Shown piece by piece: positions 18,912 to 27,799 of a stretch of DNA of 64,000 nucleotides (positions are counted from its first letter, which is position 1; each line of letters starts with the position of its first letter). The notes under the pieces are model-generated. The model was not told the origin of the DNA. It saw nothing but the letters and a program-made list of their open reading frames with translations, and ran no database searches. A program made the position numbers and the translations under genes. The DNA is from Gemmatimonadales bacterium (GTDB lineage Bacteria; Gemmatimonadota; Gemmatimonadetes; Gemmatimonadales; GWC2-71-9): the NCBI GenBank assembly GCA_036267775.1, contig DATAVM010000032.1:23209-87208 (forward strand). The letters run 5' to 3'.

Positions 18912-19922
18912 ATGAAGATTCGCGTAGGCATCAACGGCTTTGGCCGTATCGGTCGCAACGTGGTCCGTGCCGCCAAGGCGCAGGGTGCGAAGGACATCGA
19001 CTTTGTCGCCGTCAACGATCTGACCGATCCGAAGACGCTGGCCCACCTGCTCAAGTACGACTCCGTCCACGGCCATTATCCGGGCGAGGTCAAAGTCGTC
19101 GGCGATGGCATCGAAGCCGATGGCGACGCCATGAAGGTCTTCTCCGAGCGCGACCCCGGCAAACTGCCGTGGGGCGAGGTCGGCGTCGATATCGTCCTCG
19201 AAGCCACTGGCCACTTTACCGATCGTACCGGCGCCGCCAAGCACCTCGAGGGCGGTGCGAAGAAGGTGATCATCTCCGCGCCCGCCAAGGGCGAAGACAA
19301 GACGTTCGTCTACGGCGTCAATCATCTGGACTACGATCCCGCCAAGCATCATGTGATCTCGAATGCGTCGTGCACCACCAACTGCCTCGTGCCGGTGGTG
19401 AAAGTCATTCTGGAGTCCTTCGGCTTTGTGCGCGGCTATATGACCACGGTGCACAGCTACACCAACGATCAGCAGATTCTCGATCTGCCGCACAAGGATC
19501 TGCGCCGCGCTCGCGCCGCGGCGCTCTCGATCATTCCCACGTCCACTGGCGCCGCGAAGGCCACGGCATTGGTGATTCCAGCGGTCAAGGGGAAGATCGA
19601 CGGGATTGCGCTGCGCGTGCCGACCGCGGATGTGTCGCTGGTGGATCTCACGTGCGTGGTGGAAAAGACCACGTCGATCGACGAAGTGAACGCCGCGTTC
19701 CGCGCGGCGGCCAAGGCCGAGCTCAAGGGCGTGCTCTTTGTGAGCGACGAACCGCTCGTGTCGGCCGATTACATCGGCAATCAGGCGTCGAGCACGGTGG
19801 ATGCGCTTTCGACCAATGTGATCGAAGGCACCATGATTCACGTCAGCTCATGGTATGACAACGAGATGGGCTACTCGGCGCGCTGCGTCGACATGATCCG
19901 GCATATCGGCAAGCAACTGTGA
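18912..19922 (+). CDS. gap: type I glyceraldehyde-3-phosphate dehydrogenase
   Basis: Internal Met of ORF 18468..19922. [36 protein letters not shown]. Confidence 0.95.
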   Translation: MKIRVGINGFGRIGRNVVRAAKAQGAKDIDFVAVNDLTDPKTLAHLLKYDSVHGHYPGEVKVVGDGIEADGDAMKVFSERDPGKLPWGEVGVDIVLEATGHFTDRTGAAKHLEGGAKKVIISAPAKGEDKTFVYGVNHLDYDPAKHHVISNASCTTNCLVPVVKVILESFGFVRGYMTTVHSYTNDQQILDLPHKDLRRARAAALSIIPTSTGAAKATALVIPAVKGKIDGIALRVPTADVSLVDLTCVVEKTTSIDEVNAAFRAAAKAELKGVLFVSDEPLVSADYIGNQASSTVDALSTNVIEGTMIHVSSWYDNEMGYSARCVDMIRHIGKQL

Positions 19923-21115
19923 GCAAGCGTACGTTGGCCGCGCTCGACCCCCACCGCCTCGATGGGCAGCGGGTGATCGTACGCGTGGACTTCAACGTAC
20001 CGATGGCCGACGGCGTGATCAGCGATGACACGCGGATTCGCGCCGCGTTGCCCACCGTTCGCTATCTCCGGGAACGGGGTGCCCGCGTGGTGCTGCTCTC
20101 GCACCTCGGGCGTCCCAAGGGTACGCCGGAAGCCAAGTACTCGCTGCGTCCGCTTGTGCGGCCGCTCGAGAACCTGCTCGGCATTCCGGTGACATTCATT
20201 GCCGATCCCATCGGCGCGGATGCGCCATCCCTCGTGCGGCACATGCCGCGCGGCGGTGTCGCCCTGGCTGAGAATACCCGCTTCTATCCTGGTGAAGAGC
20301 AGAACGACGCTGCGCTCGCCGATGCGTTTGCCAAGTTGGGCGACATCTATGTGAACGACGCCTTCGGATCCGCGCATCGCGCGCACGCGAGCACGGAAGC
20401 GATCGCGCATCGCGTCAAGCCCGCCGTGTCGGGCTTTCTGATGGAGAAGGAACTCCGCTTTCTGGGAGACGCGGTCGATCACCCCAAGCGGCCGTTTGTC
20501 GCGATCCTCGGCGGTGCCAAGATCTCGGGCAAGATCGATCTGGTCGAAACGCTCCTCCCCAAGGTGGATCGGATTCTCATCGGTGGTGCCATGGCGTGCA
20601 CGTTCTTCAAGGCGATGGGGCTGGAGACCGGCAAGTCGCTGGTCGAAAACGATCGCGTGGAGATGGCGCGCCAGCTGATAGCCAAGGCGGGTGACAAACT
20701 CGTGCTGCCTACCGGCGGCGTCATCGCACAGCAACTTGCTGCCGGCGTGGCAACACGCGAAGTGCCGCGCGACGGGATCCCGGCTGACTGGGCAGTCTTC
20801 GACATCGATTCAGCGTCGGTCAAGGCCTTTGGCGCGATCATCGCGACCGCCAGCACTGTGATCTGGAACGGGCCGATGGGCGTCTTCGAAACGCCGCCCT
20901 TTGATGCGGGCACGCTCGGTGTGGCGCATGCGCTGGCGTCGGCCACCGATCGTGGCGCCATCACCATCGTCGGCGGTGGCGATTCCGCCGCGGCGATCAC
21001 GGCCGCGGGGCTCGAATCGCGTGTGACGCATGTGTCCACCGGTGGCGGGGCGTCGCTCGAATTCCTGGAAGGGAAGCCACTCCCCGGTGTGGCGGCGCTG
21101 GACGAGGCCACATGA
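19919..21115 (+). CDS. pgk: phosphoglycerate kinase
   Basis: [39 protein letters not shown] overlap with gap. Confidence 0.95.
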   Translation: MSKRTLAALDPHRLDGQRVIVRVDFNVPMADGVISDDTRIRAALPTVRYLRERGARVVLLSHLGRPKGTPEAKYSLRPLVRPLENLLGIPVTFIADPIGADAPSLVRHMPRGGVALAENTRFYPGEEQNDAALADAFAKLGDIYVNDAFGSAHRAHASTEAIAHRVKPAVSGFLMEKELRFLGDAVDHPKRPFVAILGGAKISGKIDLVETLLPKVDRILIGGAMACTFFKAMGLETGKSLVENDRVEMARQLIAKAGDKLVLPTGGVIAQQLAAGVATREVPRDGIPADWAVFDIDSASVKAFGAIIATASTVIWNGPMGVFETPPFDAGTLGVAHALASATDRGAITIVGGGDSAAAITAAGLESRVTHVSTGGGASLEFLEGKPLPGVAALDEAT

Positions 21116-21855
21116 CGCGTCCACTCTTCTTTGCCGCCAACTGGAAGATGAATCTCGCGCCGGGTGAAGCGCGCACCTTCCTCGACCGCTTCCTCGCGAT
21201 CGATCATGTGCACGCGGGCCGCACGCTCGCCTTTTTTCCGCCGGCGGTTTCGCTCGCTACCGTGGCGGCACAACTGCGCGGCCATCAGCACTGCGTGGTG
21301 GGCTGCCAGGATCTGTACTGGGAACCCAAGGGCGCTTTTACCGGTGCGACGTCCGTGCATCTCGCGCGTGGCGCCGGTGCCGACGCGACGCTCGTGGGAC
21401 ACAGCGAGCGCCGCCACGTCTTTGGCGAGACCGATCAGGACACGCAGCGGAAGGTGCGGGCGGCACTCGATGGCGGATTGATGGTCGTGCTCTGCGTGGG
21501 CGAGACGCTGGCGGAGCGAGAGGCGGGGAACACCGAAGCGGTCGTCACGCGGCAGTTGCGCGTGGGGCTCGCCGGCGTCGAGAGCGGAGCGGACCTGGTC
21601 ATCGCCTACGAGCCCGTCTGGGCGATCGGCACTGGTCGCAATGCCGCGCCCTCGGACGCCGCGGTGGTCCACGCCGCTATTCGTGGCGTGCTGGTCGACA
21701 TGGGGCTTCGCCGAGATACACGGGTGCTCTATGGCGGATCGGTCAACACCGGCAATATCAAGCAGTTGCTGGCCGAGTCAGAGGTCGATGGCGTGCTGGT
21801 TGGCGGCGCCTCGCTCGACCCCGACAGCTGGGCCGCCATCTGCGCCGCTGGTTGA
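21112..21855 (+). CDS. tpiA: triosephosphate isomerase
   Basis: [36 protein letters not shown] overlap with pgk. Confidence 0.9.
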   Translation: MTRPLFFAANWKMNLAPGEARTFLDRFLAIDHVHAGRTLAFFPPAVSLATVAAQLRGHQHCVVGCQDLYWEPKGAFTGATSVHLARGAGADATLVGHSERRHVFGETDQDTQRKVRAALDGGLMVVLCVGETLAEREAGNTEAVVTRQLRVGLAGVESGADLVIAYEPVWAIGTGRNAAPSDAAVVHAAIRGVLVDMGLRRDTRVLYGGSVNTGNIKQLLAESEVDGVLVGGASLDPDSWAAICAAG

Positions 21856-21920
21856 GGGGCTCCCGGCGACCGATTATTCTTGCTGGTTGGCAGGTTTCCC
21901 CTGGAATGGCGAGATAAGCG

Positions 21921-22325
21921 ATGTACGGTCTGCTCCTCACAGTGATGCTGCTCGACGGCCTGGTACTTTCGGTCGTCATTCTCATGCAGGCCGGTCAGGG
22001 CGGCGGGCTGGCTTCGCTGGGCGGCGGTGGTGCGACCCAGGTGCTCGGTGGTCGCGCGGCGACGACGCTGCTGACCAAGGCCACATGGTGGAGCAGCGGC
22101 ATCTTCATGGCGCTGGCGCTCGTGCTGTCATTCTCTTCGAGTCAGGCCACCGCCGGCGCGACCGACGTGCAGCAGCGGCTCCGTCAGGTCCCGCAGCAGC
22201 AGGTGCAGCCGAATCCGATCGCGCCGACCGATGCTGCGCCGCCGGCGGGTGTCGCGCCGACCACTCCCGCAACGGGCAAGGCGCCTGGCACCAAGGCTCC
22301 GCCTCCCGGGACCAAGAAGCCGTGA
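21921..22325 (+). CDS. secG: preprotein translocase subunit SecG with Pro/Ala-rich C-terminal tail
   Basis: [22 protein letters not shown]...LTKATWW is the SecG core, in the conserved position after tpiA. Confidence 0.8.
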   Translation: MYGLLLTVMLLDGLVLSVVILMQAGQGGGLASLGGGGATQVLGGRAATTLLTKATWWSSGIFMALALVLSFSSSQATAGATDVQQRLRQVPQQQVQPNPIAPTDAAPPAGVAPTTPATGKAPGTKAPPPGTKKP

Positions 22326-23437
22326 CGAGCAACCACGCAGGCGGGACTGGTCGTCCCGCCTTTGTGTTACTGGAGGATGGCACCTGGTTTGGTGGCCAGC
22401 TCCAAGGCCGCGTCCCGCGCGGCTTTGGCGAGGTCGTGTTCACCACCAGTCTCAGCGGCTATCAGGAGACGTTCACCGATCCCAGCTACCTCGGCCAGAT
22501 CGTCGTGATGACCGCACCGATGATCGGCAACTACGGTGTCAACCTCACCGACGACGAATCGGCGCATCCACAAGTGAGCGGCGTGGTCGTGCGCGAACTG
22601 TCCGAGCACTACTCCAACTGGCAGGCCGATCGTTCACTCGCGGAGTGGCTCGATCACGCCGGTGTGCCGATCATCACCGGCGTCGATACGCGTCGTCTGA
22701 CGCGCCATTTGCGCGAGCGCGGCGCCATGCGCGGTGTGATCGCGGAGGGAGCGCAGCCGACCGACGCGTTGCGGGCTGAGTTGCTGGCGTCGCCCTCGAT
22801 GGACGGGCTGGATCTGGCCTCGCGGGCGACCACGCCGGTGTCGTACGTCGAAGGGCAGGGCGACGGTCCCCTGGTCATCGCCTTCGACTACGGCATGAAG
22901 CGCAACATCGTCCGGATGCTCCTGGGGTCCGGTTTCCGGGTAGAGGTCGTCCCGGCCCGCACCACAGCCGCGGATGTTCTCGCCAAGCGGCCCGATGGCC
23001 TCTTCCTCTCGAATGGCCCCGGCGACCCGGCGGCCGTCGACTATGCCCGCCAGACGATCAAGACGTTGGCAGACACGGGGTTGCCGACCTTCGGAATCTG
23101 CCTGGGACACCAGTTGCTGGGCCTCGCTTATGGCGGGCAGACGATCAAGCTCCCCTACGGTCACCGCGGCGGCAACCACCCGGTCAAGGAGCTTTCGAGC
23201 GGGCGGGTTCTCATTACGACCCAGAATCACGGCTTTGCCGTGGCGGGCAGCCGCGAGGGTGTTCCGGGTGCTCCGGACCTCGAGGTCACCCATGTGAACC
23301 TCAATGACGGCACGGTCGAAGGGCTCCGCCACCGCCGTCTGCCCGTTTTTGCGGTGCAGTATCACCCCGAGGCAGCCCCTGGTCCCCACGACGCCCATCC
23401 CCACTTCGCCGAGTTCCTCGCAGCCGCAACCTCTTGA
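22322..23437 (+). CDS. carA: carbamoyl-phosphate synthase small (glutaminase) subunit
   Basis: In frame of ORF 21641..23437, GTG 22322 overlapping the secG stop. [35 protein letters not shown]. Confidence 0.9.
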   Translation: MTSNHAGGTGRPAFVLLEDGTWFGGQLQGRVPRGFGEVVFTTSLSGYQETFTDPSYLGQIVVMTAPMIGNYGVNLTDDESAHPQVSGVVVRELSEHYSNWQADRSLAEWLDHAGVPIITGVDTRRLTRHLRERGAMRGVIAEGAQPTDALRAELLASPSMDGLDLASRATTPVSYVEGQGDGPLVIAFDYGMKRNIVRMLLGSGFRVEVVPARTTAADVLAKRPDGLFLSNGPGDPAAVDYARQTIKTLADTGLPTFGICLGHQLLGLAYGGQTIKLPYGHRGGNHPVKELSSGRVLITTQNHGFAVAGSREGVPGAPDLEVTHVNLNDGTVEGLRHRRLPVFAVQYHPEAAPGPHDAHPHFAEFLAAATS

Positions 23438-23515
23438 CAGACAACACTTAAGCGTCGTACATATCGGCCCAAGGTGGGGCCTCCGGCTCCCCCCAGCCGT
23501 CCCTCCGAGGGAGCG

Positions 23516-23851
23516 ATGACCAAGGCCGATCTTGTCGAACAGGTGACCGCGGCGATTGCCCGGACCAGCGGGCCGATGATCTCCAAGAAGGATTGCGCCC
23601 GGGTGGTGGACGCCTTCCTCGACGCGGTCAAGCTCGCCATGCGCGATCAGCACAACATCGAAGTCCGTGGCTTCGGCACGTTCAAGATCCGCCGCCGAAA
23701 GACCCGCATGGCCCGCAATCCGCGCACCGGCGATCCGGTGGAGGTCGCGGCGCGGCCAGTGCCTGTCTTCAAGCCCAGCAAGGAGTTACGCGCGCTCGTG
23801 GCCCACGAGGAATACGTTCCCGATGAGTCGGAGCTGGACGACGACGAGTGA
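23516..23851 (+). CDS. HU/IHF family DNA-binding protein with acidic C-terminal tail
   Basis: MTKADLVEQV..., VRGFGTFKIRRRKTRMARNPRTGDPVEV. Tail is YVPDESELDDDE. Confidence 0.85.
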   Translation: MTKADLVEQVTAAIARTSGPMISKKDCARVVDAFLDAVKLAMRDQHNIEVRGFGTFKIRRRKTRMARNPRTGDPVEVAARPVPVFKPSKELRALVAHEEYVPDESELDDDE

Positions 23852-24093
23852 ACTCTCACCGAGTGCTCCTCTTCGCCCGGTATGCCGAACTGATGGGCGC
23901 GGGTGCAGTCGAAGTGATTCTGCCCGACCACGCTGACATTGCGCAGCTCGTCTCCGCCCTCCGGAATCTCCCGGGGGGCGCGTTGCTTCCACCGGAACTC
24001 TTTGTCGCTGTGAATCTTCGGCGCGCTCATCTCGCAACCGTCTTAGGTCCCGGCGACGAAATTGCCGTCCTGCCGCCGCTGGCTGGCGGATGA
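23848..24093 (+). CDS. moaD: molybdopterin synthase sulfur-carrier subunit
   Basis: 81 aa ending LPPLAGG (ThiS/MoaD fold, C-terminal Gly-Gly). Immediately upstream of moaE. Confidence 0.75.
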   Translation: MNSHRVLLFARYAELMGAGAVEVILPDHADIAQLVSALRNLPGGALLPPELFVAVNLRRAHLATVLGPGDEIAVLPPLAGG

Positions 24094-24539
24094 GCATGAC
24101 CTTCCTGCAGGATGCGCCGATCGATTCCGAGCGGCTGATCGCGCAGGTGGCCGCATCGGATCATGGTGCGGTCGTCACGTTCGCCGGCAATGTGCGCAAC
24201 ATCCACGCGGGCCGCGGCGTTGTGTCGCTCGCGTATTCGGCGTATCGGCCCATGGCGGAAGCGGTCTGCACGGCGATCGTTGCCGAAGCCGGCGAGCGCT
24301 GGCCGGTGACGATCGCACTGGTGCATCGGCTGGGTGAAATCGCGGTGGGCGAGACTGCGGTGGTCGTTGCGGCGGCGAGCGCGCATCGTGACGCCGCATT
24401 TGCCGCGTGCCGGTGGGTGATCGATCAGGTGAAGGAACGGGTGCCGATCTGGAAGCGTGAACGCTACGCCGACGGTACGGAGCTTTGGGTCGATCCCACA
24501 GCGCCGGAAGGCGTTGTGATGCCGCAGGCGCGGCCGTGA
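24090..24539 (+). CDS. moaE: molybdopterin synthase catalytic subunit
   Basis: GAVVTFAGNVRN, size and position between moaD and moaA, VPIWKRE near the C-terminus. Confidence 0.8.
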   Translation: MSMTFLQDAPIDSERLIAQVAASDHGAVVTFAGNVRNIHAGRGVVSLAYSAYRPMAEAVCTAIVAEAGERWPVTIALVHRLGEIAVGETAVVVAAASAHRDAAFAACRWVIDQVKERVPIWKRERYADGTELWVDPTAPEGVVMPQARP

Positions 24540-25564
24540 CGCTGCGCGACCAATGGAACCGGCCGCTCGGCACGCTCCGCATCTCGGTGACCGATCGCTG
24601 CAATCTGCGCTGCAATTATTGCATGCCCGAAGCCGAGTACACGTGGTTGCCGCGCGAATCGCTGCTGAGCTTCGAGGAGATCGCCCGCCTCGCTGGCGTG
24701 ATCGCATCGCTCGGCGCGAGCGCCATACGGATTACCGGCGGCGAGCCGCTGCTGCGTCGCGATCTCGCTCATCTCGTGTCACTGCTGCGCGCATTGCCGG
24801 CGGTGCGCGACATCGCACTCACGACCAATGGCACGCTGCTCGCTGCGCACGCCGCGGCGCTACACGCGGCGGGGCTCGATCGCATCACGGTCAGTCTCGA
24901 TACGCTGCGCCCAGAGCGGATGCAGGCGATGTCGCGAAGCGCGCATCATCGTGACGTGCTCGACGGGCTCGATGCAGCATCGCATGCCGGGTTCAATGGC
25001 ATCAAGCTCAACACCGTGGTGATGCGCGGCGTCAACAGCGACGAGCTGGTCGCGATCGCGCGCTTTGCCACAGAACGTGGCATCGAGCCGCGCTTCATCG
25101 AGTACATGGACGTGGGCGGCGCCACGCGCTGGCGAGAAGCGGATGTGTTCACGCAGGGGGAGATGCTGGCCGCGCTCGGTGAAGTGTTCGGCCCGTGGAT
25201 TGCACTGCCGACGGCGGACGATCCCGCGGCGCCGGCGCGGCGCTTCCGCTTTGCCGATGGCACCGTGGTCGGCGTGATCGCCTCGACCACGGCGCCGTTC
25301 TGCGGGGACTGCGATCGGATGCGGTTGACCGCCGACGGCACGCTGCTGCTCTGTCTGTATGCCGACAGCGGGCAGGACTTGCGGGAAGCGGTGCGCGGTG
25401 GTGCCAGCGACGCGGAGCTGGCACTTCTGATCCGCACGGCATGGGAGAGTCGGCGTGATCGCGGCGCCGAAGCCAGGTTGGGAGTGCCGGCGCGGGGCGC
25501 GCTCGTGGAGCTGGCCGGTCTGCGCCAGGATCCGCGCCGGGAAATGCACGTGAGAGGGGGATAA
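24536..25564 (+). CDS. moaA: GTP 3',8-cyclase (radical SAM)
   Basis: LRISVTDRCNLRCNYCMP (CxxxCxxC) and C-terminal FCGDCDRMRLTADG. GTG 24536 overlaps the moaE stop; ATG 24485 is an alternative. Confidence 0.9.
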   Translation: MTLRDQWNRPLGTLRISVTDRCNLRCNYCMPEAEYTWLPRESLLSFEEIARLAGVIASLGASAIRITGGEPLLRRDLAHLVSLLRALPAVRDIALTTNGTLLAAHAAALHAAGLDRITVSLDTLRPERMQAMSRSAHHRDVLDGLDAASHAGFNGIKLNTVVMRGVNSDELVAIARFATERGIEPRFIEYMDVGGATRWREADVFTQGEMLAALGEVFGPWIALPTADDPAAPARRFRFADGTVVGVIASTTAPFCGDCDRMRLTADGTLLLCLYADSGQDLREAVRGGASDAELALLIRTAWESRRDRGAEARLGVPARGALVELAGLRQDPRREMHVRGG

Positions 25565-25569
25565 GCGAG

Positions 25570-27288
25570 ATGATGAGACGAATCAGACACACCGGCCTCA
25601 TTGCCGCATTGGCCATCGCGACGTTTGCGGCGACACTTGCAGCGCAGCTGCCAACGCCGCTGCCTCTCAAGTACAGCGGACCGCCAACGGTGCCGGCGAT
25701 CACGCCAGGCGATCTCATGACGCGGCTGTATATCATCGCAGACGATTCGATGATGGGCCGCGAGATCGGCACCGTGCATCACTTGCAGGCCACCGCCTAC
25801 GTTGCCGGAGAAGCGCAGCGCCTTGGCCTCGTGCCGCTGGGCGACAGTGGCACCTTCTTTCAGCGCGTTCCCGTCGTTCGCCGTGCTTTCGACACCACCT
25901 CGACGCTGACCACCGACAGTGCGGTCTATCACGGTGGCAGCGACTTCCTCGCGACGGTGAATGCACAGCCCTGGCAGTTCGCGCATGCCGAGGCACTGTA
26001 CGGTGGCGTGACGTACGATACGACCAATCTGCTCAGCGCAGATCTGGTGCGCGGCAAGTTCCTGCTCTTGACCGCACCTCCGCCGGGAACACTCACCGCG
26101 GCGCTTGCTCGATCAACCGGGTACCGCAACTGGCTGCGCATGGTGGCGGCTGCGGCCGCCGTGGCCACGATCGGGCCGATGGAGATTCCGGCGCCGATGT
26201 TGCGCGTCGCGTTGCACCCGACGGGCATGAGCAGTCCGCCCGACACCACGCGCGAGATGTCGTTCCTGGTGCGGGAAGGTGTTGCTCGCGCATTGCTCGG
26301 CCAGCCTGCCGGCCCACTGGTCAAGGGCACAGTCGGCAGGCCTGTCACGTCGAGCGTGCATTTTGACGACGCGCCACTGCCGGGCCGCAATGTGCTGGCG
26401 ATGATTCGCGGCAGCGATCCGGCCCTTGCCGGCGAATACGTGGTACTCGCAACCCACACGGACAACCTCGGGCCGTTCAACCCGCGCGATCACGACTCGG
26501 TGCGCGTCGCCAACGAAGTGCTTCGGCCGGAGGGTGCCCGGAGTCCCGTGGTGATGCAGCCGAGCAATGCGCAGTGGGAGCGGATTTTTGCGCGGCTGGA
26601 CAGCGTCCGCAAGATCCGGCCGCCACGGCCGGATTCGATCTATAACGGTGCCGACGACGACGGTTCCGGGATCGTGTCGCTGCTGGAGATCGCCGAGGCC
26701 ATCGCGCACGGCGGCACGCCACCGCGACGATCGATCATCTTTGCGTGGTTCGGCGGAGAAGAGCCGGGGAATTGGGGCTCGGCGCGCTTTACCGATCATC
26801 CGCCCGTACCACGCGACTCAATCGTGGCGGCGATCAGCGTCGATCGCGTCGGGCGAGGCGACGTGACGGACGAAACCGGTCATACGGCGGCGGGAAGTCC
26901 GATCAACGGTAGCGAGGGATATTTGCAGGTGGTCGGTTCGCGACGAATGTCCGGTGAATTCGGCAACTTGATCGACGCGGTGAACACCGCAGAGCACCCG
27001 GGCGCTGCGTTCGACTATTCGATGGATGGCAATCCGCGAAGTGTCTATTGTTCCGGCGAAACCGCCGCGTTTGCGTTCGGGCGTTACGGCATTCCCGCCG
27101 TCGAGTTCACGACCGGAGTCAATGTCGATTTTCACCAGGTGACTGATGAGGCGCAGTACATCGACTACAGCCACATGGCGCGCGTCGATTCGGTCATTCT
27201 CGCGGTCACGCGCGCCGTGGCCGATCTGGCGCACCGGCCCGTGATAGATCAGCCAGCGCCGCCGCTGCATGCGGCGTGCAAGCCGTGA
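25570..27288 (+). CDS. secreted M28 family metallopeptidase (paralog 1)
   Basis: Signal peptide (LIAALAIATFAATLAAQ). M28 ligand strings LATHTDNLG, YNGADDDGSGIVSLLEIAEAI, GGEEPG, SVDRVG, DFHQVTDE. Confidence 0.8.
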   Translation: MMRRIRHTGLIAALAIATFAATLAAQLPTPLPLKYSGPPTVPAITPGDLMTRLYIIADDSMMGREIGTVHHLQATAYVAGEAQRLGLVPLGDSGTFFQRVPVVRRAFDTTSTLTTDSAVYHGGSDFLATVNAQPWQFAHAEALYGGVTYDTTNLLSADLVRGKFLLLTAPPPGTLTAALARSTGYRNWLRMVAAAAAVATIGPMEIPAPMLRVALHPTGMSSPPDTTREMSFLVREGVARALLGQPAGPLVKGTVGRPVTSSVHFDDAPLPGRNVLAMIRGSDPALAGEYVVLATHTDNLGPFNPRDHDSVRVANEVLRPEGARSPVVMQPSNAQWERIFARLDSVRKIRPPRPDSIYNGADDDGSGIVSLLEIAEAIAHGGTPPRRSIIFAWFGGEEPGNWGSARFTDHPPVPRDSIVAAISVDRVGRGDVTDETGHTAAGSPINGSEGYLQVVGSRRMSGEFGNLIDAVNTAEHPGAAFDYSMDGNPRSVYCSGETAAFAFGRYGIPAVEFTTGVNVDFHQVTDEAQYIDYSHMARVDSVILAVTRAVADLAHRPVIDQPAPPLHAACKP

Positions 27289-27681
27289 GGCCTGGGGCCT
27301 TTTGTCATCCGGAGCGCAGCGAAGGATCTCGGCGCGGGCGTGACCATGGGACCGTGGTGCTGCGCGCCTGCAGTGCGATCCCTGCACCCCGACCCGCCCC
27401 GATGGCGCACTGACGCCGCTTCGCACACACCGTCCCATGGTCCGCCCAGTGATTCACGCCACGGGGCTGTCGACGGAGCTTCGCGGGGCGAGCACGGCAG
27501 CTGACCAGAGGAAGGGGCGGGTGTCTGAGCAGCGCGCCTCTGCCTGTCACCGCGATCGTCGGTGGGCGGCGCGCGCGAGTTCCGCGCCGACGAGTGGGCG
27601 GTCTGGCGTGGTCGCCCCCGGCACTCCAACGCACGTTAAGCACGAGATCCTTCGCCGCGCTGCGGATGACAACCCCAGGCC
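27289..27681. repeat. noncoding element bounded by about 40-bp terminal inverted repeats (MITE-like, or a REP-like pair)
   Basis: 27289-27331 is the reverse complement of 27643-27681 apart from two substitutions and a 4-nt indel. A nested perfect 11-bp inverted repeat lies at 27342-27352 / 27432-27442. No credible ORF inside. Confidence 0.5.
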
Positions 27682-27799
27682 GGGGTTGCTATGGCTTCGT
27701 CAGCGCACGACGACGCCCTCTCCGTAACGAACCGGTGTGTCGGCGCGTATGCACCTCTGAACCAGGACGATAACAGACTCCCGGAACAGAGGAGTTTCG

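Noticed and set aside
23438-23515. Molybdenum-cofactor riboswitch upstream of the moa genes
   Set aside because: The moaD start overlaps the HU-like gene, so there is no leader. The 78-bp gap before the HU gene is too short and shows no conserved Moco-riboswitch-like stems that I can recognise.
27437-27727. 96-aa ORF inside or overlapping the inverted-repeat element as a candidate transposase or small protein
   Set aside because: It is too short for a transposase, has Arg/Ala/Ser-rich composition, crosses the right terminal repeat, and has no RBS. The element is treated as non-autonomous or noncoding.
27720-27775. ECF-type promoter (GAACC ... CGTAT / TCTGA) upstream of the giant OMP gene
   Set aside because: The spacing between the candidate -35 (GAACC at about 27729) and either -10-like string is about 13 or 22 nt, not the 16-17 nt expected for ECF promoters. 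The match is too weak to call.
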